Origin: Octopus vulgaris
Lineage: Eukaryota
Direction of reading: 5' to 3'
DNA length: 64,000 bases
Assembly: GCA_951406725.2 (NCBI GenBank)
Contig: OX597821.1
Coordinates: 117,800,001-117,864,000, forward strand
The position numbers were made by a program, and so were the translations under genes. Numbering within the stretch: the first letter of the stretch is position 1; every line of letters begins with the position of its first letter. Of this stretch, positions 39,611-51,189 are shown piece by piece. The notes below the pieces were generated by a model, which had not been told where the DNA came from, ran no database searches, and was given only the letters and a program-made list of their open reading frames with translations.

Positions 39611-42600
39611 ATGGCAAATCTTAGAATCGGTTGCTTGAATGTGAGAGGCCTCGGGTCACCTTGGAAACAGGGTCACCTGTTAAACGACCTGAGGTTTCAT
39701 GATGTGGATGTAGCAGCCATCAGTGAAACCAGGCTCTCCGACCCGCAGGAACTCGCAGCCCTTTTCGGCGGATACGAGATATTTCTATCTCCGTGTCGGC
39801 CGGGAGCGGGCGGTGGTGGTACTGCGGTGTTGTTTTGGAAGGGCCTGGACCTGAAAATAAGGACAGTCTTCTTGGATCCGGAAGGTAAGTTGGTGGTCCT
39901 CGACGTGGACGGTAGTGACGGCGGTGCTTTCAGACTGCTGGCTGCCTACGCTCCGACAGGAGCAGGGCAGTCGGATTATTTCAAACGTCTGGAAGTTTTC
40001 CTGGGAACGTCACGCACTCTAGTGCTAGTTGGGGATTGGAACGCTGTCTTAGACGAACGTTTCGATCGGGTGGGCAGGGGAGCGTCTGATAGGAGAGGGG
40101 GAGGGTGCAAGAGCCTCGCCAACCTACTCGGCCGCTTTCAGCTGTCCGACAGGTTTCGACTAGACAACCCGAATGTGCCAATGTGGACTTGGACAAACCG
40201 CATCGGGTCGTCTAGATCGTACTTAGATAGAGTGTTTTGTAGGCCAGCGGATAAGGACAGCGTAGGGTGTCCACAATTCCACCTAGTCGAATATACGGAC
40301 CACAAATTAGTGATCTGTACGGTCGACTTAGATAGGCTACATAGACAGGGACCCGGCTACTGGAAGCTGAACGCGTCGTTAACGGCGTGCAAAGCTTACA
40401 GAGACCGGATTAGTTTACTAGTTAAGCGGGCGCTCACGGGGGCAATCATCAACAACAACTGGTGGTTTGCCCTCAAGAGAGCAATTAGAGTAGAGTCGAT
40501 TAGGTATAGTAAGACTCTAGCTATTGAACGTAGGAAGAGAGAGCGGGATTTAGTTAAGAAACTAGACGAGGCTCTTGACACTGGCATCGCGACCGACGTG
40601 TTGGCGGCAAGGTTGGCCCTCGACCAACACTTCGACGCCAAACACGAAGGTTGCGTTGTCAGAGCTAAGGCACGTTCGCTAAGCGGGGAGGGGACTAGAG
40701 CCGCTCGATGGGCCCGCGTGGCGGAGGCGAAGCGAGGCAACAGAGCAACCATTCGGTCTTTGGTGGACCAGAACGGGCGCGAGGTTACCCAACCGAAGCA
40801 GATGTGTATGGTGCTTCAGCGGCACTTTGCTCAACTGTTTGGGACGAGCGGTGGAACGGACAACGGTGCAGACTTCGGTGTGTACCTGGACGGCCTACCG
40901 CAACTCTCGGACAGCGAGGCAGAGTGCTGCGAAGGACCGATATCTGCCTGGGAAGTACAGGAAGCGATGAAGAGTTGCACGAGAGGTAGATCGCCGGGTT
41001 TGGATGGTCTGCCCTACGAGCTTTACTTTTCAATGCCAGACTTGTTTGCGGAACTGTTGGCAAACGTCTACTGCAACTGGCAGCAAAACGGGAGAATTCC
41101 TGCTTTTGTCTGTCGAGGGGTGGTGGCTTTGCTAAAGAAGGACCCAAACAAGGGGGACGTTATAGGGAATTTCCGGCCCATCACTCTGCTCAATGCAGAG
41201 TTGAAGATTTTGGCCAAGGTGCTAGCCAAGAGATTGGCGCTTGTCGTGGACAAGCTGGTCGGCAAGACGCAGACATGCGCCGTGCCGACCAGGTCGATAC
41301 ACGACAACCTCCATCTCATGCGCTACATCATAGAGAGGGTGGGTAACGACGCTGGCGCGGGTGGGGCTTTGATCAACTTGGATCAGAGTAAAGCCTTCGA
41401 TAGGGTCGACCATCGGTACCTGGCAGCTGTCCTCAGGGCAGCCGGCTTCGGTCCAGTCTTCCGCGGGTGGATCGCTGCTTTATACAGCAACATCTGCTCG
41501 GTGATACGGGTGAACGGTCACCTTTCGGAACCGTTCGACATCTCGCGTTCGGTCCGCCAAGGATGCCCTCTCTCCTCCCTCTTGTACATTTTGACTCTCG
41601 AGCCATTACTGCGCAAGTTGGAGGCTTTGAGGGGTATCCCGCGCGATCTAGGAGGCGGAAACAGCGTGTCTGCTTATGCCGACGACGTCACCGTGGTGGT
41701 GTCGAGCCACAGGCACATTGGCCTGATTGGCGAGACGCTAAACCAGTACGAAGCGGTGACAGGGGCAAAGATTAACGCGGAAAAGTCTGTGGGCTTGCAA
41801 CTGGGCACCTGGAGAGGCAAGCCCATGCCGTCCAACAGCGTCGTAGGGCGCTGGACAGACGGACCCGTTAAACTGCTCGGGGTCTGGTTCGGTCCGGACC
41901 TCCAGGTGGATAAGAACTGGGAAGAGGTGACGAGCAGGGTGGCACGTCTCACCCAGAAATGGGCCGAGAGGAAGCTGTCCCTGAAAGGTCGGGCGGAGGT
42001 GACGAATGCGTACATCGCATCCGTCATCTATTACCGCTTGACCGTCGTCCCTTGTCCCGACCGCTGGTTGGCCAAGCTGGTACGCCTGCTCTTCGACTTT
42101 TTGTGGAAGGGTCAGGTGCCACTGGTCAGGCGATCCATCTGCTGTCAACGACCGCTGAACGGAGGCATTGGAATGCCGTGGTTGCTGTTGCGCAGACATG
42201 CGCTCAGGCTGCGGCATCTCAAGCGCTTCCTAGACGGTGAACAGGTGTGGTCGTCTTTTGTCAGACGCGATTTTCCGCAGCTCGTCTCTTTGACGGAGCT
42301 GCAGACCTGGATCAAACGTAGACCGAGAAAGGGCGCTTGGCACCTCGAGTGCCGTCAAGCCCTCTCCGCCCTCCATCAGGCGGGCAATGCGATCGGTTAC
42401 AGCTCCACTCTAGCGTTCTATAGAGGGTTAGTGGAGGAAAAATGCGACGACGTTCTCGGGGAAACTCTAGGCGTTGAAGACGACGAACTGAGCGGTCTGT
42501 TCGGGAGGACTTTCGGGCCGGGGCCGATGAATAATTTCCAGAGGTCTCTCGCCTGGCAGTGCTACCGAGGGGCTCTGCCTGTTCGAGATAAACTCTACCG

Positions 42601-43042
42601 GCACGGAAGTGCCGTCAGCCGGGCCTGCCCGAGGTGTTGCCAGGACGACGAAACCGTTCTGCACGCACTCGTTCAGTGCCCGAGTATTGCTGAAATATGG
42701 GTTTATGTCGAACAGCTACTGTCACGTGTAGGACGGATCCGACTATCGGCCGAATCCATAGTGAAGATTGCCCCGCCGACCTCCTTTAACAAGGAGGGCG
42801 AGGCCGTTTTCTTGTGCCTAGTGGCTGTGGCGAAAGAGGTCGTGTGGTGGACTCGTTTGAAAGGGCTAAAGACAGACACTTTCCTCTTTGGTCAAGGCCT
42901 CATCAACTTTTTCAAGTTTCACTTGAAAAGGAAGATGAGGTTAGAGAGGAAAGTGCTGTCCGATAGCAAGTTTTATGAAAGGTGGGTGAATTGTGCGAGA
43001 CTGGCCTGTATAAATGGACCAGTTCTCAGGTTTCGCCTGTGA
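39611..43042 (+). CDS. LINE ORF2: APE endonuclease, reverse transcriptase, zinc finger; intact 1143 aa
   Basis: CLNVRGL, SET, GDWN, YLDRVF, TDH; SPGLDGLP, FRPITLLN, DQSKAFD, RQGCPLS, YADD; CPRC...ETVLHALVQC. Confidence 0.95.
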   Translation: MANLRIGCLNVRGLGSPWKQGHLLNDLRFHDVDVAAISETRLSDPQELAALFGGYEIFLSPCRPGAGGGGTAVLFWKGLDLKIRTVFLDPEGKLVVLDVDGSDGGAFRLLAAYAPTGAGQSDYFKRLEVFLGTSRTLVLVGDWNAVLDERFDRVGRGASDRRGGGCKSLANLLGRFQLSDRFRLDNPNVPMWTWTNRIGSSRSYLDRVFCRPADKDSVGCPQFHLVEYTDHKLVICTVDLDRLHRQGPGYWKLNASLTACKAYRDRISLLVKRALTGAIINNNWWFALKRAIRVESIRYSKTLAIERRKRERDLVKKLDEALDTGIATDVLAARLALDQHFDAKHEGCVVRAKARSLSGEGTRAARWARVAEAKRGNRATIRSLVDQNGREVTQPKQMCMVLQRHFAQLFGTSGGTDNGADFGVYLDGLPQLSDSEAECCEGPISAWEVQEAMKSCTRGRSPGLDGLPYELYFSMPDLFAELLANVYCNWQQNGRIPAFVCRGVVALLKKDPNKGDVIGNFRPITLLNAELKILAKVLAKRLALVVDKLVGKTQTCAVPTRSIHDNLHLMRYIIERVGNDAGAGGALINLDQSKAFDRVDHRYLAAVLRAAGFGPVFRGWIAALYSNICSVIRVNGHLSEPFDISRSVRQGCPLSSLLYILTLEPLLRKLEALRGIPRDLGGGNSVSAYADDVTVVVSSHRHIGLIGETLNQYEAVTGAKINAEKSVGLQLGTWRGKPMPSNSVVGRWTDGPVKLLGVWFGPDLQVDKNWEEVTSRVARLTQKWAERKLSLKGRAEVTNAYIASVIYYRLTVVPCPDRWLAKLVRLLFDFLWKGQVPLVRRSICCQRPLNGGIGMPWLLLRRHALRLRHLKRFLDGEQVWSSFVRRDFPQLVSLTELQTWIKRRPRKGAWHLECRQALSALHQAGNAIGYSSTLAFYRGLVEEKCDDVLGETLGVEDDELSGLFGRTFGPGPMNNFQRSLAWQCYRGALPVRDKLYRHGSAVSRACPRCCQDDETVLHALVQCPSIAEIWVYVEQLLSRVGRIRLSAESIVKIAPPTSFNKEGEAVFLCLVAVAKEVVWWTRLKGLKTDTFLFGQGLINFFKFHLKRKMRLERKVLSDSKFYERWVNCARLACINGPVLRFRL

Positions 43043-43343
43043 TTTCAAAAAGGTAATGTAAAAGGAGAAGAAAGGGGACTCTCTACACCCCCTTTTTTGA
43101 CCAGGCTCCCGTTGGCTTTTGTAGGGTTTTTTCCACCAGGAACCTTTCGAAACGTCTCCCCCTTTTGGGAGTTTTTCATTGTTTTATTATAATTATTGTT
43201 AATGTATTTTTACACGGATTTTTTAACAAACGGACAAAACCCTTTGTAACCTTTCGTCCTGTCTTGTCCCTTTATGTAATCATGCGTGTCAGCCCTTGTG
43301 GCCAATAAAAAAGAATTGATTATTATTATTATTACTATTATTA

Positions 43344-43710
43344 TTGTTCAGGTCACTACTTGGAATCGAACTCGGAATCTTGGGGTTAGTAGCCCGCGCT
43401 ATTAACCATTATGCCATAAGCCCGAGGCGTAGTGGTTAATAGCGCGGGCTACTAAGCCCAAGATTCCGAGTTCGATTCCAAGCAGTGACCTGAACAACAA
43501 CAACAACAATAACAGTAACAATAATAATAATAACAACATCGAAAAATACCTTAGAAATGAGAACCCAGGTTCGAAATTTCCCCAAGACCCTGATGAAAGC
43601 TGGAGGGTATATCAGCTGAAACATTGTGTTAACAACAAATAAGATGAGGACAAATATCCGTTAAATGTAAATAATGTAAATAATTCCTCATCTCTTAAAA
43701 ATGGAACTGT
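43344..43710. mobile_element. Head-to-head tRNA-derived element carrying a hammerhead (left arm continues at 38305-38388)
   Basis: 43344-43415 is the reverse complement of 43426-43497; A box GGCGTAGTGG, B box GAGTTCGATTCC; HHR downstream. Confidence 0.75.
43585..43630 (+). ncRNA. Minimal type-I hammerhead motif (slightly decayed)
   Basis: AGACC-CTGATGA-AAGCTGGAGGGTATATCAGCT-GAAA-CA-TT-GTGTT; perfect AGCTG/CAGCT stem II; stems I and III imperfect. Confidence 0.65.
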
Positions 43711-46020
43711 AAGATTTTATTGTTAAAATCTAGGTGCATATAAATACATATATGTAAAATTGTGTGTGTGTGCTTTCCCTTCACACCGCTTGAAACCGAT
43801 GTTGGTTTGTTTACGTTCCCATCATTTACCGGCTCGGCAAAAAGGGAACCGATACAACAAGGAAGTACTGGGGTCGATTCATTTGAGTAAGAAATTCTTC
43901 AAGCCTATGCCCCAGCATGGCCGCAATATAATGACTAAAACTAGCGAAAGATAAAAGACTGAGGATAATTGTAATGTATTTCATCAAGTCGTATGAGGAA
44001 ACAAAGTCAAGATTCGTGAATACCCCTTCCCATCCACCGCCCCTCATTACATTTCCAATATCATCGTAATCTGTAATAACTGAAATGGATTTGCAGAAAA
44101 ATCTATTAAGAAATATCAGTTTTTCAGAAAGTTATGAAGAAACAAAATCGGGTTTTGGGGAGGGGGAACATTCTGCAATATTTCTTTACTACCCACAAGG
44201 GGCTAAACATAGAGGAGACAAACAAGGACAGACAAACGGATTAAGTCGATTACATGGACCCCAGTGCGTAACTGGTACTTAATTTATCAACTCCGAAAGG
44301 ATGAAAGACAAGGTCGACCTCGGCGGAATTTGAACTCAGAACGTAACGTCTGACGAAATACCGCTACGCATTTCGCCCGGCGTGCTAACGTTTCTGCCAG
44401 TTCGCCGCCTTATAATTATGCCGTCGAACTGTGCATGTGTGGACACGGTTGAAATTACAACGGATAAGCAGGATTTACTTAGAATATCTATAAAATCAGA
44501 ATTATACATTGTTTGTTAGACTGGTTAGACGTAAGATCGATTACCATGCACACACATATAAGATACAGATGGTAAACAACTGGCCACTTCTTGAGTGGCT
44601 TTTAAATTGCATATAAGACGTTTCTAAAGAAACAAACATTAATTGCTGACATGCTCATATGGTTTCACAGCTAATTGCATATTGATCGATTTTGATTTTT
44701 AATATATATCTATAGGCTTAGGAAGGAGGGGAGCTGGCAGAAACGTTAGCACGCCGGGCGAAATACTTAGCAGTATTTCGTCTGCCGCTAAGTTCTGAGT
44801 TCAAATTCCACCGAGGTCGAGTTTGCCTCTCATCCTTTCGGGGTCGATAAATTAAGTACTAGTTACGCACTGGGGTCGATGTAATCGACTTAATCCGCGT
44901 GTCTGTCCTTGGGGACAAACAAGGACAGACAAAAGGATTAAGTCGATTATATCGACCCCAGTGCGTAACTGGTACTTACGTCCTCGGCGGAATTTGAACT
45001 CAGAACGTAACGGCAAACGAAATATCACTAAACATTTCGCCCGACGTGCTAACGTTTCTGCCAGCTCGCCGCCTTTGATGTATGCTTAATTGTCACATGC
45101 CTGTGTTTGTGTTAGTGCGTGTGTGTGCGTGTGCACGTGGGGGAGTATGTGTACGTATATATACACGTGTATATATGTGAGTGTGTGTGTATACTGATGC
45201 ATGCGTGTGAAATGAGGTAGAATGCGTTTATCTGAAACTGATTTTTAATTGCACGTCCTGAGTTCAATGTTCTCAATCTTATCGCTGATATACACGCGAT
45301 ATACGTCCATAAGTACATACATATAGACATATGTTTCTACATATAACTATACACACACACATACACACACATGCGTGTATGTGTATTCATACACACATAC
45401 ACACGCGCATGCATAATCTGACAAGATCGTTGTTCAATGACTGACATCAATAAAAGTCTTTATATGTGTGTGTGTGTATGTATGTTTGTGAGTGAGTGTG
45501 TCTGCGTGCGTTTGTGTGTGTGTATGTTTATATATGTATGTTTATGCATACATATATATAACATGTATCTATTTGTATGTCTGTGTTTGTTTCCACCCAA
45601 CCATCGCTTGACAACCGATTCTGGTGTATTTACACCCCCGCAAGCTAGCGTTCGGCAAAAGAGACCGATAGAATAAGTACTAGGCTTACAAAGAAGTCCT
45701 GGGTCGATTTCTTCGACTAAAGGCGGAGCTCCAGCATGGCCGCAATCAAACACCTGCAACAAATAAATGTATATATATATCAAATATATACATTATTTGA
45801 TAATCAAAGAATGTATATATGTATTTTAATACTTTTGTGATAACCAGTTCTTAACACAGCAAAGCTTATGCAAAGCTTTACATTTTACTTTTGACAATCT
45901 TTTTCTAATAAAGTGAAACCCGGTCAAGTGAATAAATATCTTTTAAAATTGTATTTTCAAACTTTCTTTCATATATATTTCCACTCGTGCGGTACCTTAC
46001 AATTTCACTTTGCTATATAT

Positions 46021-46114
<94 letters not shown>

Positions 46115-46120
46115 ACACAC

Positions 46121-46183
<63 letters not shown>

Positions 46184-47549
46184 TATATACATATACAAAG
46201 TACGAGGACATAGAATATGAAATGTTTATGCGAACAACTAAAGAACAACAAAGAACGACCCTTCATTAGTTGTCGGCTGTGTTTCTAATCCGTATTACAC
46301 ATACACACATACACATACGCACACGCACTCATATACGTATGTAAGTGAGCATGTGTGCGCGTGTTTGCGCATTTGTGTGTTGGTGCGTGTGCGCGAGTGT
46401 TTAAGGCGAAACCTCGCTGTATCTTCATTGTCGTTCACGACTTATTAGTTTATTGATACATAGCGACAATAATAACAACATCACCAACAACATGATTATC
46501 GATCATCAAAAAGAAAAGTATAAATTCTCTGGATTATCTGCAGCATTTCATTATCATCTTAATCGAACGAAAAGTTGCGGAAGAATTGAAAAGGACAGCA
46601 CTAAGAAGACTTTACACTATACTTGTGTGAATATAAGGAGTCAGGTAGGAAATGATATATTTATTATTTTAAGGCGGATTTCGTCTGCCGCTACGTTCTG
46701 AGTTCAAATTCCGCCGAGGTCGACTTTGCCTTTCATCCTTTCGGGGTCGATAAATTAAGTACCGGTTACGCACCGGGGTCGATGTAATCGACTTAATCCG
46801 TTTCTCTGTCCTTGTTTGTCCTCTCTGTGTTTAGCCCCTTGTGGGCAATAAATAAATAAGAAATGCTTAGCGGTATTTCGTCTGTCTTTACGTTCTGAGT
46901 TCGAATTCCGCCGAGGTCGACTTTGCCTTTCATCCTTTCGGGGTCGATAAATTAAGTAGCAGTTGCGTACTGGGGTCGATCTAGTCGACTGGCCCCCTCT
47001 ACAAAACTTATGGGTGGTGTTATTCTTAGGACAGGAGCCTAGCTGGAGTTCCAAATGTTTAAGGGTTTTCGTCGACTTTATCAACACCCTTAGTACAGAG
47101 TCGGTTGAAAATGCCAGCAATTCAAGAAGTCGCCTATCTCGTGTCTTCATGTCCTAGAGGACCACCATGACACATGTTTGAGATGTTCTTAAGTGCAATG
47201 AGGAAAATATGACGTTCTGGATTCAAATTTCGGACATCAACTTTGCCTCTCATCCTTTTGGCGGTCGATAAAATAAATACCAGTTGTGTACTGGGGTCGA
47301 TGCAATGGACTGGCACCCTGCCACAAAGTTTTAGGTTTTGTGCCTATAGTAGTTAGAATATTTTGGAGAGATTTTTTTTTTGTGGTCTACGGATCCCCGG
47401 TGGTCCGCAACGGTAGTACTACTGGGGGGGGGGGGTCTTTCAACCCCCGCCACATAAATGTATATATATCGATATCTTAACTACCATATCACCATCAATG
47501 AACTATTGTGTATCATATTTGCACGAGTACAAATATGTTGAATGAGTTT

Positions 47550-47940
47550 ATTTATTTCCTCCGCCAAGGAAGGAGGTTATGTTTTCATTGGCGTTGGTTT
47601 GTCCGTCTGTCTGTGTACAAAATAACTCAAAAAGTTGTGAACGGTATTTGATGAAACTCGCAGGAAAAGTTGGTAATGACACAAGGAACAGATGATGAAA
47701 TTTTGGTAGTGATCCGGGAATTTTAATGGATTCTTGAAGGATTTTTCATTTGTTATGTTTACTTTACATGAAGTATTACAATGTTATATTCTTTGATTAT
47801 CTCCCTTGAAAACACGTTCATCGTTCCCACGTAACCTATGGTGGCGTTGCTGTTTCCTAAGTTTATTTTCGTTTCTCTGTTGGTAATTTTACTCGCGTAT
47901 CTATCTTAAAATATGCTGCTTGGCGGAGGTCTGCGGAGGA
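47550..47940 (+). mobile_element. Helentron/DINE-1-like non-autonomous element
   Basis: Subterminal CTCCGCCAAG, short GTCT microsatellite, inverted CTTGGCGGAG near the 3' end. Confidence 0.55.
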
Positions 47941-48029
47941 TGACATGCAAGCCTTGACTATTGGGATTGACTCAAAAAGCTCAGGCATTGCTCCCTCCAT
48001 TGCCGCTGTGAGCTCTACATCATCTGTAT

Positions 48030-48430
48030 AATGTGGAAAATATTCCATCAATATTGTCCATCTTTAAAATTCGTCCGAGGCTTGGCCCCCGTGCCATCAG
48101 TCCACTATAGAAATGTTCGTGTCATATCACAACACTATGACAGAACTAGTTCACCTCAATTAGCCCGGCTCTCTTCAGCATCGTGCAAGACACACGTAAA
48201 GGAGGAAAGAGACTTCACGGCATTCAAACGACCCCTAGATGATTACTCCCAACAAATACCAGATAAACCACCCTCATCCAGCTATGTCTATGAAAATAAT
48301 AACCCTCTGCTTGAATGGACTACGGTTCCCCAGAGGTGACTGTGTATCTCTTCCAGGTGGAGCTATTAAACTAGACATGGACTGAGTCAACTTCGGTTGA
48401 AACTTATCTAAGTAATCTAATCTAAGCTGT
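48030..48430 (+). pseudogene. Decayed 3' end of a CR1-group LINE (another fragment at ~9850-10120, minus)
   Basis: FKRPLDDYSQQIPDKP...NNPLLEW; short (CTAAT)-like tail. Confidence 0.55.
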
Positions 48431-49975
48431 AACCTTTTAATCAAAGCATGACAACGTGGATAGAAGCTGATATCTTAACATTTCTGATGATCTTAAGTAT
48501 AAAAATTTTTTATTAAAGATTCATATAGAACTACATTCAGAATATGTCTATAGACCTGGTTTCTATCCTCAAACTATTCCGTTATTCTTTTTTATAAAGC
48601 ACTCCGAAATTAGAAAAATCAAAAATCTGCAACAATCTCGGTCCCATGAGTATCGGATAATGGATTTTCAACTGTGTAAAGAAACTGATTGTGGTGATCG
48701 TAGTTTTGACGGTGATTGTAGTGAAAGCAGAGACAGTGTTGATGATGACGATGGTCGAGATAAGTATGGGAGGAGGATAAAATAGTATCGGTGGTTATAA
48801 TGGTGACAGGAGCGGTGTGATGTGTGACGCCGAGTGATGGTGGTAATAGTGGTGTTGATGACAGTGTTAGTTGTGTGATGGTGGTATTGCAGTGGTTATA
48901 CTGGTTGTGGTGGTGAAAGTGATTGTCAAGGTAACCGTCATTTTTGTTGTTGTTGTTAAGCAACAAGACGGGTAAGGGTGAGTAGGTGATGGTCTAGGGT
49001 TTAGGGGCGGAAGACCCCCAGACCTTTGAAAAAAAAACAACATTGATCGTCTTGTTGTAGTCGAAGGCTCTTCGTTGACACCCGACACCACTGGGAGGTG
49101 GCCCTCGAAGTCGCTGGAAATGGAGATCTCCTGGTCCAAATTCTTGGACGGCAGGTAACTAGAAGGCGGCGAGCTGGCAGACACGTTAGCGCGCCGGGCG
49201 AAATGCTTAGCGGTATTTCATCTGTCGCTACGTTCTGAGTTCAAATTCCGCCGAGGTCGACTTTGCCTTTCATCCTTTCGGTCTCGATAAATAAGTACCA
49301 GTTTCGCACTGGCGTCTATGTAATCGACTTAATCCGTTTGTCTGTCCTTGTTTGTCTCCTCTATGTTTAGCCCCTTGTGGGCAGTAAAGAAATATATTCC
49401 ATAGCCTCACCCTCCACCAAAAAAAAAAAAAAATGATGAGAGTATAGTTAATTTAAAAACAAAACAAAACAAACAAAAAACTTTATTATACGAGACATCG
49501 AAGGAATCTGTGTGTGGTCTTTAGTGAAAGCGAGTCGCTCTGTGGTTAAACTATTCAGCTCACGATCGTAAAGCTGTGAGTTCGATACGCAGCGACGCGT
49601 TGTGTCCTTGAGCAAGACACTTTATTTCACGTCGTTCTAGTCCACTGAGCTTGCAAAAACGAGTTGTACTTGTATTTCAAAGAGACAGCCGTGTTATATT
49701 CTGTGTCAAGCTGAGTCTCCCTGAAAGTACGTTAAGGGTACGCGTGTTTGTGGAGTGTTCAACCACTTGCACGTCAATTTCACAGGAACGAAATTTGTCT
49801 AAGGGGCGCAAACCCAGTTTTTCAGGAGGATGTTCAAAGCATTTTCATTATTTCACCTATCGCCACAAAAAAAAAAAAACAACAACAAAAAACGAAAACC
49901 CTTTAGTGGATCCATTTGCACCCCTGCATCACCTCTTTCCTAGCCAAATGTATTTATTTTTTACTCTTTACAGAT

Positions 49976-50318
49976 ATGGAAATATCGTCATCATATACAG
50001 ACAGGAAGTTATCTCCTAAATTTATCAAAGAAACATTGATACTTGTTATTATTGCAATGCAGTTTCTAGGAAATACAGAGTCGGCCGTGACAGCTGCTTA
50101 TAGGAAACTACCCGAGAATAAGAACTTTAAAAGTGTTCTAAACACCTATCCTGTTCTACAAGTCGATGATCTAGCTCATTGTGCCATGCTTTGTAACTAT
50201 GAGTACGATTGCGCATTCTTTAAGTATGCGAAGAGAGACTGTAAAATGTTTCACACCTGGAAAGACAATATCTATACTGTAGACGAAAGTGGAAGCTCAT
50301 CTTATTATTTAGTTGAAG
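49976..50318 (+). CDS. PAN/apple-domain protein, coding exon 1
   Basis: Acceptor at 49973; hydrophobic LILVIIAMQFLG segment; HCAMLC...DCAFFKY...DCKMF PAN cysteine pattern; phase-1 donor gtaaga. Confidence 0.8.
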
Positions 50319-51128
50319 GTAAGACACAAAGTAATGAATTATACTTATTTTAATTAACATTTTCAGTTGATTTACGGATAGCGATAAAAATATAAAGCTA
50401 TAGAGCTCTGTATCAATGCGCAGAAGAAAGATACCGAAAGCAGTTTGTGAATTTCGTCCATAGTCCAGAGTATAATGATAACTGTTTCTACTCTAGGCGC
50501 AAGGTCCGAAATTTTGGGGAAGAGGGGACCAGTCGATTAGATCGATCCCAGTACGCAACTGGTACTTAATTTATCGACCCTGAAAGGGTGAAAAACAAAG
50601 TCGACCTCAGCGGAATTTGAAATCAGAACGTAGTGGCAGACGAAATACCTATTTCTTTACTACCCACAAGGGGTTAAACACAGAGGGGACAAACAAGAAC
50701 AGACAAACGGATTAAGTCGATTACATCGACCCCAGTGCGTAACTGGTACTTATTTAATCGACCCCGAAAAGATGAAAGGCAAAGTCGACCTCGGCGGAAT
50801 TTGAACTCAGAACGTAACGGCAGACGAAATACCGCTAAGCATTTCGCCCGGAGTGGTAACGTTTCTGCCAGCTCATTAAGAATAGTTTTGTCAGGTAGAT
50901 TTTCTTAGAAACTGTTAATGGCACTCCGTCAGTTACGATGATGTGTGTTCCAGTTGATCCGATCAACGGAACAATCTTTCGGGCCTTGTGCCTAGAGTAG
51001 AAAATATTGTGCATGAACGATATAGAATACATGATCGATGTTAGAAGAAAGAGAAAGAAAGAAAAAAAGAGAGAGAGAGGGAGAGAGGGAGAGAGAGGGA
51101 GAGAGAGGGAGAGAGAGGGAGAGAGAGA

Positions 51129-51189
<61 letters not shown>

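Larger units (their letters stand above)
38389..43319 (+). mobile_element. L1/Tx1-clade LINE, 5'-truncated within ORF1
   Basis: 18-bp TSD TTATTATTATTATTACTA (38371-88, 43320-37); two ORFs; AATAAA-rich 3' end. Confidence 0.92.

Noticed and set aside
39981-42664. Antisense and alternative-frame ORFs within the LINE ORF2
   Set aside because: Expected by-products of a GC-rich coding sequence; no motifs
43426-43490. Possible tRNA gene
   Set aside because: Acceptor and T stems do not pair properly and it is part of a repeat; treated as a tRNA-derived head
46255-46295. Hammerhead-like CTAATGAAGGG on the minus strand
   Set aside because: Core mutated and no matching GAAA or stems found
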